The notes beneath the pieces are model-generated. The model saw only the letters and a list, made by a program, of their open reading frames with translations, made no database searches and was not told where the DNA came from. This document shows, one piece after another, positions 7,293-15,265 of a stretch of 18,557 nt of DNA (within the stretch, counting starts at the first letter, position 1; the number at the start of each line of letters is the position of its first letter). A program made the translations under genes and the position numbers. The stretch comes from an uncultured archaeon (GTDB lineage Archaea > Asgardarchaeota > Hermodarchaeia > Hermodarchaeales > Hermodarchaeaceae), in NCBI GenBank assembly GCA_964347045.1, contig CAYFXC010000016.1:1-18557 (forward strand). Reading direction: 5' to 3'.

Positions 7293-9074
7293 TTAGACGC
7301 CCCAAAAGGGTTGCACATACTTCCGTTTGAGTTCTAAGAACTCTTGTAGTAATTCTTGTTCATCAGATGAGAGTTGATCTTTAAATTCTTGGTTAAGCCG
7401 AATAACCATGCCCTCAGGTAAATCAATGTAGAGAATATCGCCTTCATCTATTTGTCGACCCACTGTAGCCCCACGAATCGATACAGCGACTTCTGCACCA
7501 ATTCGAGCTGTTGGAATCGTTTCACCTTTATCTTGGATTTGTTGTATAGTGCCAATCTGACGATTGTCTGGAGTAATGAGTTTGCTTTTGGCACGAATTC
7601 GACCTGCAATCACTTTTACACCAACTACAGCAGGATTACTTTGGCGAAAAACGTAGCCGGGAAGGATTTCGAATTTTCCCGGGAAAACAAGCTCCTCAAG
7701 CATTGCCTCTTCTAGCTTCCGACGCTTATCCGAAACCCAAGTTTCATATTGATCCACTAGGTCATAGATAATTTGACTTTGAAAGATCGGGACACCTAAA
7801 GCATCAGCTTCATTGGCTGCATCAGGGAGTGGGCGAATATTAAAGGCCAGAATGACCCCCACGAATGGATCGTTCTCATACACTGTTGAAACTTCTTTTA
7901 CTTCCTTTTTCGAAATATCGCCGATATCCGCTCTTCGAATAGGAATATTCCGTTCCTTGAGATAGTCTATTAGGGCCTCCAATGACCCCAAGGTGTCAGC
8001 TTTGAGTAGGACTCCGATTTTGTCAGTTTCGATCCGAACTGCATCCATATCCTGAATTATGCGCTCTTTGATTGAGAGAATTTCATCTTCTGAGTTGGCT
8101 ACGAATAATCCTCCACCAGCAATAGCATCTTCCAATTCAGGAGCTGCAATTTTGATACCGGCAGCGGCTACAACTTCTTTGACCGGTGAAAATCTTTCAC
8201 GGGGATCACGAATCTCATCAAGCGGTTTAGGCATCAGAAGAGCACGAACGTGTGTGATTATTGGTTCAGGTAGTCCACCAACAACGATGGTATCTCCATG
8301 ATTGAGTACACCATCGTAGATGATAGTATCAACAGTCACTCCGAGTCCAGGTTCTTCTTTAACCTCGAGAACGACGCCTTTCGCAGGTCCTTCACTGGTT
8401 TGTAGTTGTTCTTCGAGATATTGCTGAGCTAAACCAATAAGCACCAAGAGTAATTCAGACAAACCTTCTCCAGTTTTTGCACTTGTGGGAACAATTGCAA
8501 CCGTTTTAGCAAAGTTGGTGATACGATCATAGCGATCAGACTGAATATTTTCCCGAGACAATTCGCCCATTACTTCGTAAATTTTATTATCTAACTCGGT
8601 TTTGACATATTCAGATTGGGCGTTGATGGATTCGGTAACTACCCAAGTCACTTGGGGTTTCCAACCAGGTAGTCGATCCACTTTGTTTAGTGCAATGAGA
8701 AATGGGGTTTTGCGTGATCGAAGAATTCGTAGCGACTCATAGGTTTGAGGTTGAAGTCCGTCGACAATATCGATCACAAGAATGGCAATATCAGCAACCG
8801 CACCACCACGCTTTCTTAGATTGAAAAATGCCGCATGACCTGGGGTGTCAATGATCAAAAGGCCAGGGAGAGTGAGGTCTCGCTTGAAGGTTTTCATAAG
8901 TGGTCCAACAAGTTCTTTGACCGTTGACAAGGGAAAGAAACTAGCCCCAATTTGCTGAGTGATTCCACCAGCTTCACGTGCTTGCACACCAGTACCCCTG
9001 ATTTTATCAAGAAGGCTTGTTTTTCCTGTGTCGATGTGACCTAACATGGTGACAATTGGCTGACGAATAGGCAA
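7293..9074 (-). CDS. infB: Translation initiation factor aIF5B (IF-2)
   Basis: IRQPIV..LGHIDTGKT, EAGGITQQIGA, IDTPGH, NLRKRGG, NKVD, KADTLGSLEAL, VFRQSNPAVVGV. Probable TTG start at 9074 after an AAGGTG SD; the ORF track starts at 9125. Confidence 0.98.
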   Translation of the reverse strand: MPIRQPIVTMLGHIDTGKTSLLDKIRGTGVQAREAGGITQQIGASFFPLSTVKELVGPLMKTFKRDLTLPGLLIIDTPGHAAFFNLRKRGGAVADIAILVIDIVDGLQPQTYESLRILRSRKTPFLIALNKVDRLPGWKPQVTWVVTESINAQSEYVKTELDNKIYEVMGELSRENIQSDRYDRITNFAKTVAIVPTSAKTGEGLSELLLVLIGLAQQYLEEQLQTSEGPAKGVVLEVKEEPGLGVTVDTIIYDGVLNHGDTIVVGGLPEPIITHVRALLMPKPLDEIRDPRERFSPVKEVVAAAGIKIAAPELEDAIAGGGLFVANSEDEILSIKERIIQDMDAVRIETDKIGVLLKADTLGSLEALIDYLKERNIPIRRADIGDISKKEVKEVSTVYENDPFVGVILAFNIRPLPDAANEADALGVPIFQSQIIYDLVDQYETWVSDKRRKLEEAMLEELVFPGKFEILPGYVFRQSNPAVVGVKVIAGRIRAKSKLITPDNRQIGTIQQIQDKGETIPTARIGAEVAVSIRGATVGRQIDEGDILYIDLPEGMVIRLNQEFKDQLSSDEQELLQEFLELKRKYVQPFWGV

Positions 9075-9082
9075 TGGTGACA

Positions 9083-9104
9083 CCTTCCTTAAAACGTCAT
9101 CAGG
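9083..9104 (-). promoter_or_regulatory. Candidate k-turn/k-loop overlapping the aIF5B Shine-Dalgarno
   Basis: Minus strand CCT-GAT-GA-CGTTTTAAG-GA-AGG: 3-bp C-stem, 3-nt bulge, tandem G.A/A.G, C-G closing pair. Confidence 0.55.
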
Positions 9105-9139
9105 GGAGTGAGCTCTAAATTGCATCGACAGGTCTGCAA

Positions 9140-9153
9140 TATTTAAGGCTTAT
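9140..9153 (-). promoter_or_regulatory. Putative BRE/TATA promoter for infB
   Basis: Minus strand ATAAGCC-TTAAATA, nearly the same as the element upstream of rps15. Confidence 0.5.
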
Positions 9154-9241
9154 GTCCTTGGAACCCAAACTAATTGAATTTATTCACCGAGAGAAGGCTT
9201 TTTGTGAGGGAAATTAGTTGTGCCTTCACGAGGTGTGTCCG

Positions 9242-9910
9242 ATGGAGCAGACGCTACTTATCTTAAAACCGGATTCTACGATGCGAAGAGGAGTGGGAGC
9301 TGCAGTATTTGAGCAAATACTTTGTTCACTGCCCGATGTGAAGTTGAAAGGCTTCTTAGAAATCGCTGTTCCTGACCATTTAGCGGCAAAACACTATACA
9401 ATACATGAAGGTAAGTTCTTTTATCCGTGGCTCTTGCAATTCATTCAAGTCGGCAATGTGCTGGTAACCGTTTTGGAAGGCGAAAATATTGTTACACGTC
9501 TCCGTGATGTGCTAGGGGCAACCTTTGTAGAAAAAGCTAGTCCTGAAAGTCTTCGCGGGAAGTATGGTATTGTTGGGGGTGTTAACGTAGCACATGCATC
9601 CGATGAGCCAGCAAATGCGAAAAATGAAATTCAACTATGGCAACAAGAGGCACAACTCGATCTCGGCCAAGATGGACTTGAACCAATTAATGCGTACATA
9701 GCCAAGTGGGTAGAAACGCCGATAGTAGCTACCGAACGTATTCGACAAATATGCCAAGAATATGCTCGGGAATATTTGAATAGAGAAATTTACCAAACTG
9801 GAATATCTGAGCTGCTAATTGAAGAATGCCCTGATTGGACTGAACAAGAGCTTGAAAAGTTAGCCAACGCAATATTAGGTAACATGGACTTAGATCGTGA
9901 CAAGATTTAA
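9242..9910 (+). CDS. ndk: Nucleoside-diphosphate kinase with C-terminal extension
   Basis: EQTLLILKPD, HY..HEGKFFY, R..LGAT, PESLRGKYG, NVAHASD (phospho-His), NEI. ATG 9242 follows a GAGGTG SD; the ORF track starts at 9218. Confidence 0.92.
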   Translation: MEQTLLILKPDSTMRRGVGAAVFEQILCSLPDVKLKGFLEIAVPDHLAAKHYTIHEGKFFYPWLLQFIQVGNVLVTVLEGENIVTRLRDVLGATFVEKASPESLRGKYGIVGGVNVAHASDEPANAKNEIQLWQQEAQLDLGQDGLEPINAYIAKWVETPIVATERIRQICQEYAREYLNREIYQTGISELLIEECPDWTEQELEKLANAILGNMDLDRDKI

Positions 9911-9957
9911 GCCATTGATCTTTCTACAAATGGTTCAGTTATAAACTACTATCGAGT

Positions 9958-10365
9958 CTACTCTTTCTTGGATTTCGACTTGGAATCAGATTTCTCTGAT
10001 TTTTCTTTGGTTTTCGATTTGGGAGAAGCTTCAGCTTTTTTTTTCTTGGCTGTAGACTTGGTTTCTTTCTTAGCCTTTGCTTTGGGTTTAGTCTTAGGTT
10101 TTGTTTTGGGTGTGGTTTTAGGCTTTGCCTTAGCTTTGGGTTTGGCTTTTTTCGTCCTTTTCGCTGCTTGTGCCCGTCGGCGTAATCGTTCTTCATACAC
10201 TTCGGTCCACTTCAGACGTCGGGCTGTTCGCTTCAAAATAGTTTGATTTCGCCGACATTTACTCGAACACAAGTAGAATAAGCTACCATCGTTTTTTACA
10301 TAAATCGAGCCCGTTCCAGGTTCAACGTCTGTACCGCAGAAAGTGCAACTGTATTTTTTGACCAT
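9958..10365 (-). CDS. rpl24e: 50S ribosomal protein eL24 with long Lys-rich tail
   Basis: CTFCG..VEPGTG..YVKNDG...LCSSKC...R.LKWT zinc-binding domain, followed by about 75 aa of K/A/P/T/S low complexity. Confidence 0.96.
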   Translation of the reverse strand: MVKKYSCTFCGTDVEPGTGSIYVKNDGSLFYLCSSKCRRNQTILKRTARRLKWTEVYEERLRRRAQAAKRTKKAKPKAKAKPKTTPKTKPKTKPKAKAKKETKSTAKKKKAEASPKSKTKEKSEKSDSKSKSKKE

Positions 10366-10388
10366 GTGTTTATCCCAGCCTATTTGGT

Positions 10389-10604
10389 TTATGGGGTTCG
10401 TATCTTCCGTGCTTCGCGTTCAGTTTCACGAAGTACTAGAATATCCCCTTCACGAATTGGACCTTTCACGTTCCGAGTGAGAATGCGGCCTTGATCGCGA
10501 CCTTCTAATACGCGGACGCGGACCTGGATGATTTCTCCTGTGAGCCCTGTTCGTCCCACGACTTGGACTACTTCGGCTGGAACACTCGGGTCTTCTGAAC
10601 TCAT
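10389..10604 (-). CDS. rps28e: 30S ribosomal protein eS28
   Basis: [54 protein letters not shown]. Confidence 0.97.
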   Translation of the reverse strand: MSSEDPSVPAEVVQVVGRTGLTGEIIQVRVRVLEGRDQGRILTRNVKGPIREGDILVLRETEREARKIRTP

Positions 10605-10629
10605 TTATGTGTCACCCATTAATTGGAGC

Positions 10630-10998
10630 TTATTTTTGAAGGTCTTTTAATTTCTTGGTGAGGTCATCAACAAGCTTCTGCGCTTCACCTGCTTCTACGA
10701 TGGCGGCAGAGGCTGAAGGGACATCGATACCAAGAGCGGTCCCCATCTTGTTTTTGCTGGCTACATAGATGAATGGAATATTCTTTTCTTCACACATAAC
10801 GGGAAGGTGGAAGATGATTTCCGGAGGATCTACGTCTTCAGCAATGACGACGAATTTTGCGATGGCACGTTCCACTGCTTTGGTTGTTTCGTTTGTGCCT
10901 TTCCGAACCTTACCAGTATCCCGTGCTATTTCGATTATCTCATATGCAATATCTTGCAGTTCTTTGGGAGCAGTAAATTTTACATGTGGTTTTGACAA
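10630..10998 (-). CDS. rpl7ae: 50S ribosomal protein / k-turn-binding protein L7Ae (eL8)
   Basis: [40 protein letters not shown] loop. Probable TTG start at 10998, 6 nt after GAGGTG; the ORF track starts at 11007. Confidence 0.97.
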   Translation of the reverse strand: MSKPHVKFTAPKELQDIAYEIIEIARDTGKVRKGTNETTKAVERAIAKFVVIAEDVDPPEIIFHLPVMCEEKNIPFIYVASKNKMGTALGIDVPSASAAIVEAGEAQKLVDDLTKKLKDLQK

Positions 10999-11006
10999 CA
11001 AGAACA

Positions 11007-11071
11007 CCTCATGGTGTATTCATCGGGTCTTGTCGAGACCAACAGCCAGTAACTAATCGACCCGTGGCTGT
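11007..11071 (-). promoter_or_regulatory. rpl7ae 5' UTR with k-turn/k-loop over the SD and upstream hairpins
   Basis: Minus strand CC-GAT-GA-ATACACCAT-GA-GG (11026-11007) runs into SD GAGGTG. Hairpin ACAGCCA/TGGCTGT at 11071-11042. K-turns in archaeal l7ae 5' UTRs are an established autoregulatory element. Confidence 0.75.
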
Positions 11072-11097
11072 GGCGACAGAGTAGCAAACAACACGGC

Positions 11098-11112
11098 ATT
11101 TAAAGCTTTTTC
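11098..11112 (-). promoter_or_regulatory. Putative BRE/TATA promoter for rpl7ae operon
   Basis: Minus strand GAAAAAGC-TTTAAAT, about 26 nt upstream of the first leader hairpin. Confidence 0.6.
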
Positions 11113-11137
11113 TTCTCAGAACACTTTTTTGTTTAAT

Positions 11138-12286
11138 TCATTTGCGGAGCCGCCGATTGGCCTTGAATTCAGTGAAATCCTCATAAACACGGTATTCAAG
11201 CCATTCCCGAGTATAACCAGTTACAACTACCGGTGCTTGTGATAATTCTTTGAGATTAGCAGCGCCGACTAGAAACATCGCGGCTTTCAACCCGTGGATG
11301 AGAGACTCCATGAACATTTGAACTGCTGTAGCATCAAGAATAGCAGGAGCAAGAACAGGAAGAGCGACTCCGGCAAGATCCGCACCAATAGCTATCGCTT
11401 TTGCAATATCAATTCCAGTCCGTATTCCTCCGGATGCGATAATAGGAATCCGCTTTTTCACATAATAAGCTACTTCAAAAGTTGAAACAGCAGTTGGTAT
11501 CCCCCAATCAGTAAACCACCGACCTAAAGTTGCCTTCGTTGCATCGTCTGGCTTTGCTCGTTCAACTTCGACTGCTGGCCAGCTTGTCCCCCCTAATCCT
11601 GCAACATCCAGCGCCTTAACGCCTGCATTCTCCAAGGCTTTCGCGGCGCTTTGGCTAAGCCCAGCGCCAGTTTCTTTTGCAATAATAGGTATTGATATTT
11701 TTGCGGTGAGGTTTTTAATGGTCTGAAGCACACCAGCAAAGTTTGCTTCACCCTCGAGTTGAACCGCTTCTTGAGCAGCATTGAAATGAATTGCAAGTGC
11801 ATCTGCCTTGATCATGTCGATTGCTGTTTCCACTTCTTCTATACCCCAGCCAAGAGAGAGCTGGGGGGCACCAATATTTCCGATAAGAATCGCAGTGGGA
11901 GCATGTTTTCTAGTAATTGAGAAGGATTCAGCTAAAGTGGGATCTTCGATTGCGGCGCGTTGACTTCCAACGCCCATCGCGAGTCCTAAAGTTTCAATGG
12001 CTTGAGCAATGTGTTTGTTTATCGGCAGAGCTTCCTGATGCCCACCAGTCATCGCTGTTACAATAATCGGTGCTTGAAGTTGATGGCCAAGAAATGTAGT
12101 TCGCACATCCACATCGTCAAGATTGATTTCAGGCACCGCATTATGAACTAGAGTGATATCATCAAATCCTGTAGGAATACTGGATTCTATTTCACGATCT
12201 AAACAGATGCGAATGTGATCCATCTTTCGGTCTTCTGTGAGTTTCTTCATTTGCTTTGGTTTCGATTTCCCACGAGTTTTTGACAA
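11138..12286 (-). CDS. fni: Type 2 isopentenyl-diphosphate delta-isomerase (FMN-dependent IDI-2)
   Basis: RKMDHIRIC, AMTGG, GVGSQRAA, GNIG..QL, H.NAAQEAVQ.EG, KETG.G, GGTSW..VE..R, WGIPT, ASGGIRTG.D.AKAIA.GA. Confidence 0.97.
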   Translation of the reverse strand: MSKTRGKSKPKQMKKLTEDRKMDHIRICLDREIESSIPTGFDDITLVHNAVPEINLDDVDVRTTFLGHQLQAPIIVTAMTGGHQEALPINKHIAQAIETLGLAMGVGSQRAAIEDPTLAESFSITRKHAPTAILIGNIGAPQLSLGWGIEEVETAIDMIKADALAIHFNAAQEAVQLEGEANFAGVLQTIKNLTAKISIPIIAKETGAGLSQSAAKALENAGVKALDVAGLGGTSWPAVEVERAKPDDATKATLGRWFTDWGIPTAVSTFEVAYYVKKRIPIIASGGIRTGIDIAKAIAIGADLAGVALPVLAPAILDATAVQMFMESLIHGLKAAMFLVGAANLKELSQAPVVVTGYTREWLEYRVYEDFTEFKANRRLRK

Positions 12287-12311
12287 TTGTACTCCCTCTG
12301 AGATGTCTACT

Positions 12312-12335
12312 TTGATTCTTCTTGATTCTTATAAT
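12312..12335 (-). promoter_or_regulatory. Putative internal fni promoter with 9-bp direct repeat
   Basis: Minus strand ATTATAAG TATA-like box, overlapping and followed by AAGAATCAA twice at a 10-bp period (12330-12322, 12320-12312). Confidence 0.4.
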
Positions 12336-12346
12336 GAGGTGCTATT

Positions 12347-12742
12347 CTAGAGGATTTCGACAAATCCTTTAGTGGCGTCAACCCGTACTTGCCGTCCAGT
12401 ATTGATTTTGTCAATTGGAATTTTATCGACTGCTGGTATTTCACTGATAATGCAACCTACAGCAACAATGGTTTCTGTTTCTTGGTTTATAATGGCTACC
12501 GGTCCTTTACCAGTTTTAGCCAGTTGATAAAGCACGTAGGAACCAACAGTTGAACCTTTTCCACTAGGAAATACGAGAACCTTTCCCGTTACGGATTGTC
12601 CTTCTAGTTCATGATCTTTTTCAACAACTACTCCCGTTTCAGGATCCACTCCCCCGTAGAAGGAAATCCCTTGAGTACTGACCAGAGCTTCTCCGCTTGC
12701 GGTACCAGGAGAGATTTTTCGACCTTCAAATTTTTTGGTCAT
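12347..12742 (-). CDS. Aconitase X swivel subunit (DUF126); probable phosphomevalonate dehydratase small subunit
   Basis: GEALVS..ISFYGGVDPETG....HEL.GQSV.GKVLVFP.GKGSTVGSYVLY; ATGA overlap with the large subunit; mevalonate gene context. Confidence 0.9.
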   Translation of the reverse strand: MTKKFEGRKISPGTASGEALVSTQGISFYGGVDPETGVVVEKDHELEGQSVTGKVLVFPSGKGSTVGSYVLYQLAKTGKGPVAIINQETETIVAVGCIISEIPAVDKIPIDKINTGRQVRVDATKGFVEIL

Positions 12743-13929
12743 TCCCTTAGCGCCTCCTCAATACAGTCTTCCAGTGAACAATGCTTTGTCTGGAACTTGT
12801 TGCGGCCATGACCATAATAACAGCCCTTTGCTGAATCTGTACATAACCCAGTAAATCGACCTTTGATTGGAGCCACCACACAGCAGGTATCACAGGCAAA
12901 TTTGATTCCTGCGGCTTCTATAGTTTTTGTGTACCCCATCCGGTCTGCAACCTGTTTCGTGGGACGTGCTGTTGTAATCCATGTTTCCTTTTTCACATGT
13001 TTCCCATCAACCAGCTCAGCGATATAACGGATTTCACGCAATGAAGCATGCGGGCAGCCAATACTGACAAAATCAATTACGGCTCCTTCTTCGTTGAGCT
13101 CCTCTTCCGCTTTTTTGAGGTGTGCCTTGGTAATAATAATTGTTTCTTGTGGAACCTTGGTTTTATTAGGCGTTAAACCCTCCATGTGAAATAATGCCGT
13201 GCCTCCATATGTTGCGATTGACGCACAGAAGGCTTTGAGTTCATCAGTATTTGCAGTTGAGATGCCCGTGATGAGAGGGATTGTCCATTCGGTCTTGGAG
13301 TCAAGTATGTCTCCGATGGCTTTTCCCAATAGGCCAAATTGGGCCGTCCCTGACACTGACGGTTCAACTTTAAACGCAATGTGAGCCTGCCGATTCTTAT
13401 CAAGATGATATCCGTAAACTGGAGTAAATCCAGTTAAAGCAGCTGCTAATGCGCTGGGTCCCCCTTCACGATTCGTTTTAGCTCCAATGACTGAATTAGC
13501 AAAACATACTGCACTACTTTCTGCCCAAGCAATATGCTCACCAAAATGAGGAAGGTTGCCAACAAGATAGGGAGTACAGGTACAAGTCGTGATAATGTCC
13601 ATCTTTGCAAAGGCGTTAACGACACGTTCTTGGTTCTTAGCAAATTCAGGATCGATTCCTAAGGCTTTCCAATTTTCTAGGTCCATCCCCGCGGGGTTTA
13701 ATGTAGTCAAAACGCGAACTCGCCCGTCTTGAGCCATTTGAGCAAGCCAATCCAATCCGGGTTCTCCCAGATTTGCGTAACTCACACCTGCAATTTGAAC
13801 AGACGTGACCGGGACCATTTCCTTTGCATTAAAAATGTCACCAAGTGCATTGAGGATTTCCATGCTTTTTTGAGCAGCATAGCCATGTTTACCTTCAAGC
13901 ATATCCTTTTGAAGTTGGGTTAACTGCAT
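12739..13929 (-). CDS. Aconitase X catalytic subunit (DUF521); probable phosphomevalonate dehydratase large subunit
   Basis: GVSY.NLG..G, TTLNPAG, TCTCTPY, AWAESSA, TNREGGPSALAAA, IGCPHAS, DTC.VVAP, TDSAK (Fe-S cysteines present). ATG 13929 or GTG 13941 start. Confidence 0.92.
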   Translation of the reverse strand: MQLTQLQKDMLEGKHGYAAQKSMEILNALGDIFNAKEMVPVTSVQIAGVSYANLGEPGLDWLAQMAQDGRVRVLTTLNPAGMDLENWKALGIDPEFAKNQERVVNAFAKMDIITTCTCTPYLVGNLPHFGEHIAWAESSAVCFANSVIGAKTNREGGPSALAAALTGFTPVYGYHLDKNRQAHIAFKVEPSVSGTAQFGLLGKAIGDILDSKTEWTIPLITGISTANTDELKAFCASIATYGGTALFHMEGLTPNKTKVPQETIIITKAHLKKAEEELNEEGAVIDFVSIGCPHASLREIRYIAELVDGKHVKKETWITTARPTKQVADRMGYTKTIEAAGIKFACDTCCVVAPIKGRFTGLCTDSAKGCYYGHGRNKFQTKHCSLEDCIEEALRE

Positions 13930-13937
13930 GTTGAATT

Positions 13938-15245
13938 TCACCCTTCAAGATATTTTTTGAGGTCCACTTTGGGAAAAGTTGCTTTTTCAAAGGTTTTTCC
14001 TTCAGTTTTCAAGGGATGGGTGAGATCGAAGCCAATTTTTGTAGTGAAATAAGTGCCCGGTTCAGAACTAGGGTCAAGACTACTCCCCCGTTCTTTATCT
14101 TTCACAATCATATCGATATCTCCTTGAAATCGTGTTGCCATGGCCCATTCAACGTCGATGGAATCATAGATGTCGATGTCTTTGTCAACCACGAAAACGT
14201 GCTTACAACTTCGATGTCCTTCGAATGCTCCTTCAATCGCAAGCTTACCGTCTTCCTCACGTTGTTTATCAATCTGGACGACAGCATGTAACCAACTACT
14301 ACCTCCGGGGTCGATGTTTACATCAAGACAGCGAACGCCTTTCTCATTGACTTTGCGAAAAATAGTAGGTTCACGAGGCATTCCCATGAGAACCTTATGC
14401 TCGAAGGCGCCAGGGAGAAGTGCTTGCCAAATAGCATCTTTTCGATGCGTAATACGAGTGACTTCAAAGAGGGGTTCGTTGCGAATTACATCATAAGTTT
14501 GAGTGAGATCAATGAACGGTCCTTCATCATGGCGTTTGTCGCGGTAGACTTTTCCTTCAATTACCCACTCGCAATCAGCAGGGATGAGTAAATCCGAGGT
14601 TTTTGCTTTCACAACTCGAATGGGTTCAAGAGCGTTGGCAATTTCGAGTTCGTTGATGCCAATTTCTACACTAGTTGCTGCTGCAACTAGAATATTTGGT
14701 GAATTCCCCACACAAAACGCGACATTAACTTCTCCAATATCTTCAAGGAAGGTATGGAAGTTTCGTTTTGCAACCACGCGGGTGCTCATTAAGTCTTTTT
14801 TAATCTGCATGGCTCGATGAAAGTCAAGGTTTTGCCCATACGTGGGATGGCCTGCAACAACAACAGCTGAAGAGATATATGGTCCTCCATCTCGTTCATT
14901 GTGGAAAAGAATAGGAATCTTATCGAGATCAACATCTGTTTCAACGACTTCTTGGCATGGTGCATCTTTGATTTCCTCGGGAACAGAACGATCTTCAATA
15001 GCTTTACTTAGCGTAGGAATGATTTCGCTCGTTGTGATACCAAGGTAACCTGCCACACTTTCTTTACTACAAAATAGGTTACCCATAATCCGATAGTCGG
15101 AATCTTTAACATTTTCAAAGAGAACAGGTTTGGGTTCTACCGCTTTAAGGATGCCCGCGGCTTCAAGGCGTTTGGACACCGGTTTCTTGATTTTTATGAG
15201 TGAACCCTGTTTGTCAAGTTTATTCAGATGCTTACGTAAACCCAT
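13938..15245 (-). CDS. UbiD-family prenyl-FMN decarboxylase; probable trans-anhydromevalonate 5-phosphate decarboxylase
   Basis: DGGPYI, N..FHR, EGPFIDLT.TYD, EH..LMGMPREP, KHVFVVD.DIDI, VEWAMATRFQ...D, GSSLDPS, KIGFD.T; lies between mvk and aconitase X genes. Confidence 0.9.
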   Translation of the reverse strand: MGLRKHLNKLDKQGSLIKIKKPVSKRLEAAGILKAVEPKPVLFENVKDSDYRIMGNLFCSKESVAGYLGITTSEIIPTLSKAIEDRSVPEEIKDAPCQEVVETDVDLDKIPILFHNERDGGPYISSAVVVAGHPTYGQNLDFHRAMQIKKDLMSTRVVAKRNFHTFLEDIGEVNVAFCVGNSPNILVAAATSVEIGINELEIANALEPIRVVKAKTSDLLIPADCEWVIEGKVYRDKRHDEGPFIDLTQTYDVIRNEPLFEVTRITHRKDAIWQALLPGAFEHKVLMGMPREPTIFRKVNEKGVRCLDVNIDPGGSSWLHAVVQIDKQREEDGKLAIEGAFEGHRSCKHVFVVDKDIDIYDSIDVEWAMATRFQGDIDMIVKDKERGSSLDPSSEPGTYFTTKIGFDLTHPLKTEGKTFEKATFPKVDLKKYLEG

Positions 15246-15265
15246 TTATTTCACCTCTTTTAGTC

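Noticed and set aside
7293-9074. Intein in aIF5B, as in some euryarchaeotes
   Set aside because: Normal length (about 593 aa), contiguous G-domain motifs, no intein termini or endonuclease motifs.
9939-10246. ORFs 9968..10246 (+, hydrophobic) and 9939..10196 (-)
   Set aside because: Antisense and off-frame products of the Lys-rich eL24 tail; AAA/AAG codons read as Phe/Leu on the opposite strand.
13938-15245. UbiD as a ubiquinone/menaquinone or aromatic-acid decarboxylase
   Set aside because: Coupled to aconitase-X genes between mvk and fni with no quinone genes nearby; a mevalonate role fits better.
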